DNA from: Amoebophrya sp. A120
Taxonomy: Eukaryota > Protista > Dinoflagellata
Direction: 5' to 3'
Assembly (NCBI GenBank): GCA_905178155.1
Contig: CAJINV010000008.1
Coordinates: forward strand, 744,001 to 808,000
Length of the DNA: 64,000 nucleotides
The translations under genes were made by a program, and so were the position numbers. The first letter of the stretch is position 1. The number at the start of each line of letters is the position of its first letter. Under the pieces are notes generated by a model that was not told where the DNA came from, searched no databases, and was given only the letters and a program-made list of their open reading frames with translations. Below are positions 37,801-50,000 of this stretch, one piece after another.

Positions 37801-39372
37801 TCCGGGCCGCCGACTGGTACCGGATGCACACGGACGTGGCGTCCTGGGCGGACCAGCAGGGCACCTTCGTCAGCGGGCTGACGGGGTGGTGGGCCATCTT
37901 CGGGGGCCTCAGCATGGCCGTCACCTACAGTCTGGGTTCCAAGCACCGCCGCACCTGCTTCCGCAACTACGCGCTCGCGGGCCTGCTCCTCTTCACGCTC
38001 CCGCTCTACTTGTTTCTGCTGTTCGGGTATGCAATACAAATTTCCCGTACATGTACAACATGCATCACAAATTTCAGTGATTTGGAGCGTAAAACTTGTC
38101 ATGCTAAACTAGGATTGAAGCCAAGTTTTGTCATGCAGCGACCGCATTTGTACGTGTACGGGAAATTTACTGTGGATATCGGGACGGACACGGGACTGCA
38201 CTGCGCCTGGCGGATGAACTGCGACAACGCGAACAGTCACGTCACGGACTTGTACCCCTTCACGCTGCTGCTCAGCAGCCGGGACCAGAAAAACAGCGCG
38301 TTCTGGTTCGCGAACGCGCTGTCGAACCAACAAAACTCGTACCTGCTGCTGGACGCCGGAAGACGCTGGTCGTCGTCCTCCGCGGGTACGGGCAGTCCCG
38401 CGTCCTATCCCTTCGAAAATCAAGGGGGAATCGCTGCGGTGGGGCAGGAGTGCCAAGCGGCGCGCCAGGCGCTGCAGCAGGAGCACGGGCTGGACGTAAC
38501 GCTGCGCATCGCCGCTCCGGGACTCGTTTCGCAATGTATAGTCCTGAATAAATACTTGTGTTTCACAGAAATGGTTTATTTTTTCTGCCTGCTGCGGTCT
38601 TTCGTTATCAGAGTGAAAATGAAATGAAAACGAACCGAAATAAAATCAAAACCACAATTCAGGTGTCTTGGAAGTGCAGCTGCAGCCGACCCCGACCAGC
38701 ATATCCTCTGACAACGAGGCGGTCGCAGAGCACCACGCGAAAGTCTGCCAGGACTTGTGCGTGAATACCTGGTCAAGTGGAGACGATGCGCAAGGCAGAA
38801 ACCGCCCCACGGCGGAAAGTAGGTTTTTCTGTTGGTGGGCCGCAACCGCAGCACGAAGGGCGCGCAATTCATCAACTGCAGGCCCTGCAGCACCCGCGCC
38901 CGAGACCAGGGTTTGCTACCTCGCTCCGCAACTCGACGCATACGGGTTTCGATCGGTGGGTCCGGCGTATCGGCTCATCGCGGAGGAGGTTTCTGCAGAA
39001 AATGAGAAGCAAGTGCGCCTGCCCTTCTTAGCCTCGAGACCACCATTAAGCGCGAGCGGTGGCTCCGGTGCGGACGACGCAGAGGAGGTTTTTCAATATG
39101 AAGATCAGCTTTCCGCCACAATGAAAGCATCTACTGAGGTCGAAAAAGTTCCGCTGACCACCCTGCAGTACCGCAACGCGCACAACCTGTTCGGCCTGGA
39201 GGAAACACTCGACTTCGGCTACCGTGGTCGCCAGGAAAAAGGAAGCCGAAAGCAGCGCCGTCTGGATAAAAGCTTTGCTTGGGTGTTTCTTGCCATTTGC
39301 ACAGCTGCGTTCGGTCTCGGGGCGCTCTGTTCTTGGGCGATCCGCGGTGAAGTTTTCTCTACCCTCAAGTAG
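31866..39372 (+). CDS. P5-type (ATP13A-like) P-type ATPase; in-frame introner removed at 38028-38183, GT-AG intron at 38536-38662
   Basis: LVPGDLI, NESNLTGEAMPIQK, CFDKTGTLT, TKGSP, MITGDN, MCGDGGNDCAALKMAHVG and LLKEGRCAL. Confidence 0.9.
38028..38178. mobile_element. Introner, family D (151 nt), stop-free and frame-preserving, inside the P5 ATPase ORF
   Basis: TIR tatgcaatacaaatttcccgtacatgtacaa / ttgtacgtgtacgggaaatttactgtggata; TSD tcggg; three TGT[C/G]ATGC motifs. Confidence 0.88.
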
Positions 39373-40408
39373 GCGCCCCGAAAGACGGAGCTTCAGGCTA
39401 CGATGGGCGACGGGCGACGTCGACTTCGTGCTCGCTGTGCGTCGGATGTCCTTTCATTCCATTGTCATGTCAGGCTGTCCTCACTAAAAAATATCTCGGT
39501 ACATCCAGTTCCAACGACTGCAATTTTCGATAACACGAATCTGAGCCGAAGAATTATTTGCGACTTTGAGCGAATAGCGTTTTTATTTCAGGGGTAACTA
39601 CGTCGACACGGAACTCAGTAGTCGGCAAAGACCCTGCTGCAGTTCCGGCCGACCGACGCTATCTCGTGACGACTTTACGTTTACGACCCAAACTCAATGC
39701 GTACTGATTTCCCCTTGGGATGTTTGCAATTACACCCAAAATTATCGAATTTCTGACCGTGAGCGACATCAGGATTAAAGCAAAACCAAAACATAACCAA
39801 AATTACACTTGACAAAGGCGCATTATCGTCCACCACAATTATGGAAGAAGCGAATCGACAGCAGCGGTGGCACTTCGAAAATGTGTCACGAACTAAGTTT
39901 TACTTGTTCATCATTTGCTGCAGCTCTGTGTTTCTATTTTGCTCTCGACGAGAGGGCGCGCGGTTTCTTCAAAAATATATTGGTACTGACTGCTGGATGC
40001 GTTTCGTTTTGTACTAACGTTCTATGATACCTACATCTGTACGTCTATCTAGAAGTCAGAAGGCGGAAATGCAACAGTGTCGCATCTGTCAGCAAGGTTC
40101 GCACCAGAACTTGTGAGCATTGGAGAGATTTTCTCGTGCAGCTTTCGTGTAGATTCTGAGAAAAAAAAGAGACGAAAGTGAACCAAAACTGGGCAATCTA
40201 AGAAACGGCGAGAGACACCAACAAAGCACAAAGCGAAGTCCCATATTTTTTTTTCTTGAAAGAAATCTGTGTGCGGTGATGCAGAGCGATCTTTTTTTCG
40301 TAAACGTGTTTTTTTTTGCATTTGCAGGCGCGTGCGCGTGCCGACGTATGAAAAATGCTGAGAAAGAAGGTGTACAAGCACTCTGATCAATAGAAGCAGC
40401 CTAAAATC

Positions 40409-43400
40409 ATGCAGAAGTTCCTGACGGAGTGCAGCGAGCAAACCTCGCGGAGGGCGTTGAAGACGCGCGCGACCGCAAACGACCGCGGGTCGGGTTGGTT
40501 GCCTAAGCTCGTGCCGGATCCGCCGTCAAAGTCAGACGATGTGGACATCGGGAATGATAAAGTCAACAAGGGCAGCACACCAACCTCAATTAGCAGCCGC
40601 ATCAAGGAAAAGGAATTGCAGCGACTCCCACGGCCTGTGGATCTGGCTCCGACAGGCTTGGTGAAAAAGTTCAGCAACGGCGTTGCGAAAAGAACGCCGT
40701 CTGGTATCGCGCCAACAAGCGTGGTCTCGAAGCCAGCACGGAGTAGCGGACGATCGGTGCGGACCAGAGGTGTTGAGCAACCGGGCGAAGGTGTGCTTCT
40801 CGACGGACGCGCGCCGCCGCCGGGTCTGAATCAGGGTGCTACACCGGACTACGATGAATTGGACGGAGGTATCGAGATTGCCTGGACCACAACGGCCACG
40901 GGAAGTCGCAGTCATTCCACGGCGGCCACGCCTTCCGCTTCGTCGTCCCGGAAGTCCTCCTTTCTGCTGCAAAACCAGGCAGGAAATGAAAACACCCTCT
41001 TCGGCGCGTCCAGCTTTACCGATGCCAGTACATCAGCAGTAAAGCAGGACGAGCTATTTCGTGTGCAAGGTCTGTCGAGAGGACAACAGGAGCCGATGGA
41101 GCCGGGTAGTGTTTCGCGTTCGACGGAGCTGGTGGGTAACAAGAGGCGAGGAAGTACGACCGGTGCAGCTGGGGAGAAGATAGTCAGCGACAGCCGGGAA
41201 AGTAGCAAAGGTTCATCATCAACATCCCAGAGCGTTCATTCCACCTATTCCGCCGTGCGGTCGCGCATCGAAAGAAGCAATTCGTTGCAGGGCTTGCTGG
41301 AAAAAGACACCACGTCCTCGACAGAAGAGCATGTTGCGGACCAAAAGGTCATCAGCGAAAATGTCGCTGTCCCTGCGACAGAAGATGACACCACACAGAC
41401 AGAGGCAGACGGGCAAGACAGCGATGAGTCCTTGACGCTGACGGAGCGGGTTGCGCGAGCCAAAGCGTTGCTGCCCTCGGACGTAGTTGTCGAGCCGAGT
41501 ACTGATGGAAGAAGTGACTCGATTGGTAATGCCAAACTTGTGGGGGTCGCGGCATCTCTTGCAAGGGGGACGGGCGGGAACCACGTCGCTGGAAATAAGG
41601 TGAAAGCGCCTGCCTCCAGTGCCGTGGCGGAACTGGAGCAGTGGACACCGCCGGTTATGGACGTGTCGGCGATTCGGTCCTACTTGGCGCAGAAGAAGCC
41701 GCCGGTACCAACGAAGTCGTCGCCCGGGATCATCGAAACACACGGTAGTCTGCGAGATCGGCTCGCCTTAGCGGATGGCGCAGCAGATTCTGACAAAGAT
41801 GAATCCAGTTCGACGTCGCACTTCAGTCATGATCTGGGTCGTGAGCCGAGCGCTGTTGGGCATCCTGGCGCGACGAGCAAATCTTCTACCCTGGCGGCGG
41901 GCAGCACCACTCGGTCGAGTTTTGTATTGGGTGCGAACTATAATTCTGATCGAATCCGCAGCACAACTCCAGATGGGGCAAGTGACGGCGCGGGAGGCCT
42001 GAGGGCGAAGGGGACCGCGAGTGGGAGCGTAGACACGCAGCACGCATCAGGTAATATTATGGCCTCTACTTCGAGAAGTGCAAGTGCAGCACCACCTCCT
42101 GCGACATCAACTCGTGCGAATACTACCACTGCATCGCTGGCCGTCACGGCGGCGGCCTTGCAGCAGACTTTTTTCATGCCAAACAAAATGAAAAAGCAGG
42201 GCAGCGTAAGGCTCGCGGCGCAGGCGGACCGCTCCTACGATGAGAAGCTCAAGAGCTACAAGAAGACGCTGACGCTGGCGCAGAAGCTGGCGTTGGCGGA
42301 CAAGCCCGCGGAACCGCTGCAGGAGAGCCAGTGGGAGGTTTTTCAGCGCCCGGTCCGGGAAAAATTCCTCCGAGAAATCGACCACAAGTGTCCGATCTGT
42401 ATCCAGCCCTACGGGAACCCGGCGAAGCGGCCACAGGTAATCTTGAACCCGTGCGGTCACGTGTACCACCGCACGTGCTTGCAAAGCTACGAGAAGTTTT
42501 GCGAGAAGGCGCAGTGCCCGTTGTGTCGCTGCGAGTACGCGGAGTGCGCGCTTTTCTGCGCAGAGGTCGTGGTACCAGCAGCTTGTGCTAGTGCCGCCCT
42601 CGTCGTGTCGGAAGGGTCTACTTCTGAAGATGGGCAGAACCACGCTCTGGAGACGTCGTTGTTTTCCCAGCAATCCGCGCTGCGGCTGCAACGCTTTTTC
42701 CGTGGGTACCTGGTGCGGCGCGACGCCTGGTATTTCTTCGGAAGCAGCACCGCTGGCCGGAACAATGAGGCGCGGAGGATGAATCCGGGCGCTGTACGAA
42801 TGTTCTTCCACCCGTTGTCGAATCACTTTCTCGCACCGCGGCTGTGGCAGAAGACGCGGTTACGGTTGTTGCAGCGCGAGCGCGAACGGTTTCAGCCGGC
42901 GGCGGGGACGGAGGACCTGGATGCCTTGTTTTCCGAAATCGACGACAGCGTGCACGCGGCGCGCAAGATCCTCCGGGAGTGCCTTCCCGGTGCCGCGGCG
43001 GCCACCGCAAAAATCAACGCTCCTCTCGAGCCCGACAAGTGGGAATGGGCCAAGCAGCAGTGTGTCGACCGAGGCTTCCCGCACTACGAATGTAAAGACT
43101 TGTTGTTTAAGTACGCGGCAGTTTTTCATCACGAAGTCAAAAGGATAATGGTTGTTGCCTTCGTTTCGTACTACTAGTTGTACCTTCGCATTTTACTAGG
43201 AAGTAGAACACTTTAGCTTGCAAAAAAACATCAAAACAGGCCCGATTTGCTACATCGACTTGGCGCAGCAGGGCGTGGGGATCGAGTTGTTGGCATGTGG
43301 CCACGCCTACCACCACCTGTGTATTGTGAGTTTTGAGTCTTTCCAGACGAGCAAAGAGGATTTCAAGTGCCCGGTTTGCCGTCAGGGGCCTTACCAGCGC

Positions 43401-43475
43401 AAGCGCTGGAAGTTCGGCAAAAAGCAAGCCCAGTCCCTGCTATGTCTCCCGGTGGAGGCTGAGGTGGTGCAGTAG
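40409..43475 (+). CDS. RNF32-like RING-IQ-RING protein with a long disordered N-terminus; GT-AG intron at 43092-43239
   Basis: LTLAQKLALADKPAEPL, RING CPICIQ...CGHVYHRTCL...CPLCR, IQ motif LQRFFRGYLVRR, second RING CPICY...CGHAYHHLC...CPVCR. Confidence 0.85.
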
Positions 43476-44298
43476 GAAGGCTGCGCCGGTGTTACAGTAA
43501 GTGCTACGAGGACTCTAAGCCCTCACATACGGTGGAGAGGAGTGCGTTTGTGGCCACTGCACGGTCGTCAGGCAAGCAACGTGCTGCTGTTCCCCCGCCA
43601 CTTTTCTTTGGATGCTTCGTGCACTCGATTTCTCTATGTTCTTCTATTCTGTGCTGGAAATGTCGCGATCGCCCGCGGTTCAGCAAGTGTGCGAGCAGGG
43701 CTTACCAGAAAGCTGTCGGCCACTGTTCGGGGTTTCGAGTTGAGTCCGCATGCGAACGGCCTTCCCGATGTGTGGTTCGGAGTTCGCTCCATAGTTCCCA
43801 ATTGCAAAATCAAGGTCGAAATGAAAGTTGAAAAAGTAGATCTTGATAGGTTGTACGATCGGCGAAAATGATTTTGGTGATCATGAAAAAATGCACAGCC
43901 TGAGGAACCCGATCATGCTTTGCTGATGGAAGGGAAATCACTGGTTGCTTTGCTATTGCTTTGCCATTGTCGATCCTGCAAGGGAGCAGGGGGCACAAAA
44001 TTCTCCATTTAGCAAGCCTGCATGAAAGAGGCATCTGATACTGGTGAATTTGATTCATATTTTCATCGGAAGTTTCTTTTGTTGCGTCAGGGTAAGTACA
44101 GGCGTACTAGTTTCGAAATTTTAGCATATGGTTTGTGGAAGTGTCTGCACGCACTATGCTGAGTTTGTTTACGTTCAGCTTCTGCTTAGACGTTTCGGAG
44201 GACTTAGTTCCGTTACCAGAAGCAACTGCGCGTATAATGACGAGCTAGCAGGAGCATTGTACTATAACGAGTAGCGTATGGATTGATTTAGATTCGCA

Positions 44299-46334
44299 AT
44301 GGTCCAAACAACGAAACACATGCGGGCGGAACCGCAACTCTCACCATCGGCAGTCGCGGAGACTAAGAGATGGGCAGCGGATTTGCAGCAGCATCCTCGG
44401 TCCCTCCATTGCGCACGTATCGACTACCGCACGTTGGCCGACAAGTATGCGTATTTCAAAGCGTGTCTGTCAGGAGTGGAACGGGACGCAGTAGAACAGA
44501 CAGGAGAGCTGTTTCTCGACTACAGAAGCCCGGAATGCCTCGCAAAGCTGACCAAGGTCTTGCTCGAGCATTTCTACGACATCCGAGACTGGCAGGCTGA
44601 GCCTTTTTTTGCGGCAAGGGGACATACTAGGGTTCCCAAGGCGAGGAGCACTGCAGCGGAGGACACTGCCGAGATAGAGAGCAGCTCTGCGGCAAGTTGT
44701 GATAAAAATCGTGCCACGTTGCGACATCATGAGGCACCAAACGAAGCCCCTGAAGTGCTGGCCTGTGAAGACCAGGACGCGACCTACCATCTATGCCCTC
44801 CGGTGCCGAGGTCGGCTAACTATTTGCACTACGTTGCGGATCTATTTCTTTTCGATTCGGGACAAGAAGCAGCTGCCTCGTCGTCGTCGCGGCCAGCCCT
44901 GCGTAGCATCCAACGCCTCCGCGGACTTGACATTGGCGTGGGGATGAGCTGCATTTTTCCGCTTCTGGGCGAGAAAATTTACGAGTGGGACATCATCGGG
45001 TCAGATATTTCGCCGGAGACGGTGGAGTTCGTGCGGAAAACGTACGGAAAAACTGTGGTGCTGCAGAAGAATCCACGGCGAATCTTCGATGTCTTTCGAC
45101 GAGAAAGGGACGCGGACGCTGCAATTATAGGTCCGGCGTCCACGACCGGGGAGATAGACGCTAGGCCGAAATTCGCTTTTTGTGTGTGTAATCCGCCGTT
45201 TCACGAGAACATAGCGTATTTCGAGCAGAACAAAAAGAAGTTTCAGTCCCAAGCGTATGGGGGAAAGCCGCATGAGGTGGTGTGCGAGGGGGGCGAGGTG
45301 GGTTTTGCCTTTCGCATGCTGCAGGAATCGAAGAAGCGCGAACTTGATATTCAGAGGAAAAATCCCCCCTCCCCACATTGAAAAGGTATGTTTCCAAAAA
45401 TTTGTGTTGCGGATTTGAGGTCACAAATCCCATCTGTCTTGCAAGAAGACAAGGGCAGAAGCCTCCGCCCCATTATGGAAGCGGTTTGTCATGCTGTTAG
45501 GCTTAAAGGGGAGCCGTTTGCCATGCTGAACAACTAGACCCATACGCCTCTACCTAGCCGGGGGATCCGGCCGCCATGCCTCTCTGCAATACAAAGCTGA
45601 TTTGTGGCAACAAATCAGCATCACAAATTTCCGTTTCGATATGGGGAGGGGGGATTTTTCCTTTTGATACTTGACGTCCTGTGGTATACGATAATGGTCA
45701 GTCGATACTCCATATCAAAAGTAAAAATGTCTGGGTCTGGAAACTTGTGATGCTGGGTTGCGTCTCATGATGAGGCTACGAATGCTGGCTCAGCATGACA
45801 AGTTTCTGAGCTCCTACGTGTTGCCTATCCTGCATGACAAACTGCGGCGCTGCAGCACGGAAAAACGGAGCTCTTGGGTAACGTGCATGACAGATTTAAG
45901 AGTCATGCCAGACAAGCATGACAAACGTGAATTCTTCCAGACCCAGACATTTTTACATTTGATACTCCACGAAGAAAAAGTTTGAAGAGTGGGTCGCCGC
46001 GGCTTGTCGCGTGGAAAACGAGAAAAGTACGAAAAGTAGATCGGCAGCGATTGTGCAGACCAGAACATTCGAGCTAAAACAGGGAAAAAGCGTGAAGTGG
46101 GTCCTGTGTTGGTCGTTTCACACCCAAGCAGAAATTCTGGCGTGCCTCGAAGCTTCCCGGATGAACGATGTGGATGCAAGCAGTGAGGCAAGCGGAGCGC
46201 CAGTTAGTGGATGGCTTTCGTCCTTCTATTCAGAAAAAGCGACCACCATCAAATTGAAGAGAGGGTCCGAAGGCAAAGAAAAAGATGAACAAGCGATAAT
46301 ATCATGTCATAGTAAGCGACAAAAAATTCTTTAA
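44299..46334 (+). CDS. METTL16: METTL16/RlmF-family RNA m6A methyltransferase; exons 44299-45347, 45675-45712, 45970-46334
   Basis: LCPPVPRSANYLHYV, GLDIGVGMSCIFPLLG, CNPPF, EGGEVGF. After splicing, LWYTIMVSR...KQGKSVKWVLCWSF. Confidence 0.88.
45348..45669. mobile_element. Introner, family B (322 nt), intron in METTL16
   Basis: Family B TIR; TSD cttga; closely similar to 25881-26203 in the same orientation. Removal gives KRELDVLWY. Confidence 0.93.
45713..45964. mobile_element. Introner, family A (252 nt), intron in METTL16
   Basis: Family A TIR; TSD ctcca. Removal gives SRYSTKKKFEEW. Confidence 0.93.
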
Positions 46335-47011
46335 ACGATACACAGACAAGTTGTAGTAATAAGCGACGTCGAAAAAGTAGGGTCACAGATAAAATCAAGC
46401 AGCAGTTCACTTGCTCTGCGCTGTTCATGTTGCGTTGCGCCTTCTTTGTCTCACACGGGAAGCGTGATTACGTTTGGCAGTTCTTGTTCGTCACGAAATG
46501 TATAAAGATGGTGTTCATCATCAGTTCGAGGTCGCATACTTTTGAAATCGTTTGTCTTTTGATCGCTTAGAAAATTGACTTCACTTGCCTTAGAATGAAA
46601 ATAGAGCTACAAATTAATGTTGCTGCGCATTTTCGACATAGTTCATAGATTGGATCTAGGATCTTTCAAGATCTCTGATTATTGTACAGTAGAAACTTCC
46701 ACATCCACGATCAAAATTCGCCCGCAAGGGTCCCGTTCCGGCGGACTGAAATGAAAAAAATCCCAAACCCGACACAATTGTTCTATGGCAGATGATGATA
46801 TTTTACTTTTGTCATGACTTCTCTTCAAAATCCAAGGTGCAGGTCGGTTTGGGGTTATTGGTAGATCTAGGAGATCATAATGTTTGGGCTTCGCGTTCTT
46901 TACTTTAGTTTTCTTTAGGCCGAGCATGAATTAATATGAAACTGAAAACATGAGACTCGCGGTGGTGTGTTCGAGTTAGTGGTCGAAAGACGAACGACGG
47001 CAGGTGCTTCA

Positions 47012-50000
47012 ATGTCGACATCCATACTTTCGACTGGCCCTGACTGCGCGCAGCAGCACCAGCCAAGAGGACTTATATTGGGCGCTGGGTGTCGGTTCAA
47101 CGGGCTGGTACCAAGCACCCTTAAAACGTCCCGCCGCAGCTCCACGGATGGACAACGCGGAGGGAGCACTGGACGCGTGTATCTCAGCGGTGGCCTGTGC
47201 CGCCAGAGACGGGGCACACGTGGCGGAGCGTGTTGTCTTGCCGCGGAAGGCAAAGGACGTGATGTTGATGGAAGCAGACTGGCCGGGACGAAGAGCGCCG
47301 GTCGTGAGGGAGAAGGAGAAACTTGGTGCGTTGAACAGGAAATCGACGCGAGCAGCCGCATCGATGCAGACGGCAGCACGCCTGGATGCCGCATGTACGA
47401 CACGATAATCGAAAGCGGCTTGTTTGCCTCAGTGGATATCCTCCACACGACGCAGCGTGGCGAGCCTGAGTGCATTGCCGAACTGCTGAAAACTGCTTTG
47501 CTCGCGGCGCCGGCAGCCGCGCGGCGGCCGGGGGTGTCTGGTGCTGAGCCCCATGATTTTATGGATAACGAAGGACCGAGTTGTACTAGCAGGAGCTCGA
47601 TTGCCGCTTCGAGCAGTGCTTCATCAACATTTTCATCAAATACGGGCAAAGAGGAAACGCTACACGACGATGCTGGTCCTCTAGTTGACACCGGGCCGTA
47701 CCACGTGATTTTTGCGTCGTGCAAGGGCGTGCCGCACCTGTTGGACGCCCTGGACCTTCTAGCCGCAGACATTGCCACCGGCGACCTGGTATGGCCGAAA
47801 CACCACAGAATGTCTCTCTTCCTGGGGCGCAACCCGTATCTCGGGGATGCCGAGTGTGCACGGGTGGCAGAGATCTCCCAGTGTGTACACCGACATGAGG
47901 CCTTGGTGTCCCGCGTTTGCTTGGCAAGCCACTTTGACGCCCCGCTGACGGATCCTGACGCTGTGCGGGAAAAGCTCAATACGACAGTCGAAGAAGGGCT
48001 CGCGGGGGCCGCGAGCAGGGAGTACTACTCATCTCAGAGTGTACGACCGACGGGCCAGACAAAAGGCATCGAGCAGCAGTTTCTCTTTTACCTCACGTCA
48101 CCAGAAAATTTGTTGAGCGGCGAAGCCGCACAAGATGTTCGCGTTGCGGCTGCCATCCAGCCGGATTCGCGGTATTCGCTGTTCAACGGTGCATCTTTGC
48201 GGATGCGAAACAAGACCCTTGCTATGGCCTCTTGCGGGGCTGCTGACGCCGACCCCGGGAGTGTAGATCGAATCGCATCAGTTGACCTTGTTACAACTCC
48301 CGCTCGGGATCATGGCTGGTTATTGGGCTGGACTCGGGACACGCTGCTGTTCAACCCGAAGGCCAAGACAGACGCCTACGCGGTGGCCCGACTGCATCAT
48401 CCGGATGAAATCAAGGGAGGTAAAATTTCCTTCATTCCAGCGCCAGTGCAACGGTGCGTGAGTTCCTCTCGTGGAATTGAGCCAGCCCTTGCTCCTGCCC
48501 CTTACATCGTACCCGTGTGCCGATGGCTTCTGAGTGGATCATCATCATCCGGGGCAGCTTCAAGGTGCACACCGGCGGCTCGGGCCCTTGGGCCGATTCG
48601 ACGGGATGCGGCCCATGTGTTCTTGCACCAGGTTCGGAGCGACCTGGATACGATATCTTCCCGTCGTTCCTCTCTGTTCTTGAAAGCGGAGAACAAACTA
48701 CAGCGAAAGGTTTGGGGATACACTGCGCAGCGGGTTTTCGCGCAGCTTGCCGGGGTGCTTGGTGTCGCCAGCGCGGAGGCCCTGGAGGAGGTGGTGCGGA
48801 CGTACGACACGCACGACGTGTCTTTGGGATTTCAGCTCCAGATTCTAGGAGTGGAACACCAGACGTGCGGAAGTCCTGTTCTCGGCGACCCAGACGATTC
48901 TGTCGCCGGTCACTTCGCACTGCAGGACGCGGTGAAGGATTTTTTAGATCCGCGATTCGCGGCAGCCGAGGACGACGAGTCAACAATAGGAGGTTTTACA
49001 TCTACTTCCACTAGCAGGGCCAGAATGCTGGTCTTCCACGGCACGTCCCAAGCCGCCGCGCGACGCATTCTGGCCGAGGGGAAGTTCCGTACCAACGCAT
49101 TTGACGAGGTGGGGCAGTGCGAGGAGCTGAAGCAAGAGACCTGTGGGCAATTGTCGCTGCACACCGCGAAGGCCTACGGGGATGCGGTCTACACCGCGTT
49201 CCACCCAGAAACTGCCCTGCGCTACGCGAAAGGCCGCGGTACGCTGGAGGACGAGGACTGCGGTGCCTTGTTGGTATGTGAGCTTCAACATGGATCAATG
49301 CCAAAGTCAAAGAGCGAAAGCCAAGAGGACGAAAACTACTGTGAGGACCACGATGGGGCGAAACATGGTGACTGTGGAGATCACAACGGGTCGTTCTTGA
49401 GTAGTCCAACTACAACACAGGAAGCTGACTTTCAGATTTCTGAAGAAGCGATGGTCAAGCGCGAGGAAATAACCGGTAAAAAGATAATCGTGACGGACGA
49501 TGCCCGTGAGTCCCGGTGGGCGCTGGCACGCGGTTTGCCGTCCATCGTGCGACCCTGGGAGCAAGTGCTGCAGCAAAGTAAAAATCCAACTCATGATGAT
49601 TCTTCCAGCGGCGCAGGACAAGCAGATGACGCGTCCTCGCTATTGGGCAAAAATTTCGGGAGTTTCCTCGTTCTGCCAGCGCAGCAGGTGAAGAACAAGA
49701 AAGCGCGTTTCGCGGACAGCGGAGGAGCAGAAACAGGCAGACTGGAAGTTTCGTTGCGTCCGCTGTGTGCAATCCATTTGGCGCGGGCGAACAGTACGAG
49801 CACCCGGCGTGGAGTTTTACGCCAGTTTCGACAATTTCTAGCGGAACAGCAAAGCTGCAAAGACCCGGACCTGCAGGCTCACGCTCTGAATGTGTCCACT
49901 TCTTTGCTGAATCTTACTGACGACTTCTGGCCTGAAACAAAAAGCGCTCGTCCTGGCGTGGACGACCGCAGGGGTGGAGGGCTTGTTTGGACCCAACAAG

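Noticed and set aside
45758-45985. Small ORFs within introners (also 21629-21871 and 56921-57199) sharing the peptide FFQTQTFL
   Set aside because: These are translations of the TIR itself; they are too short and have no transposase motifs.
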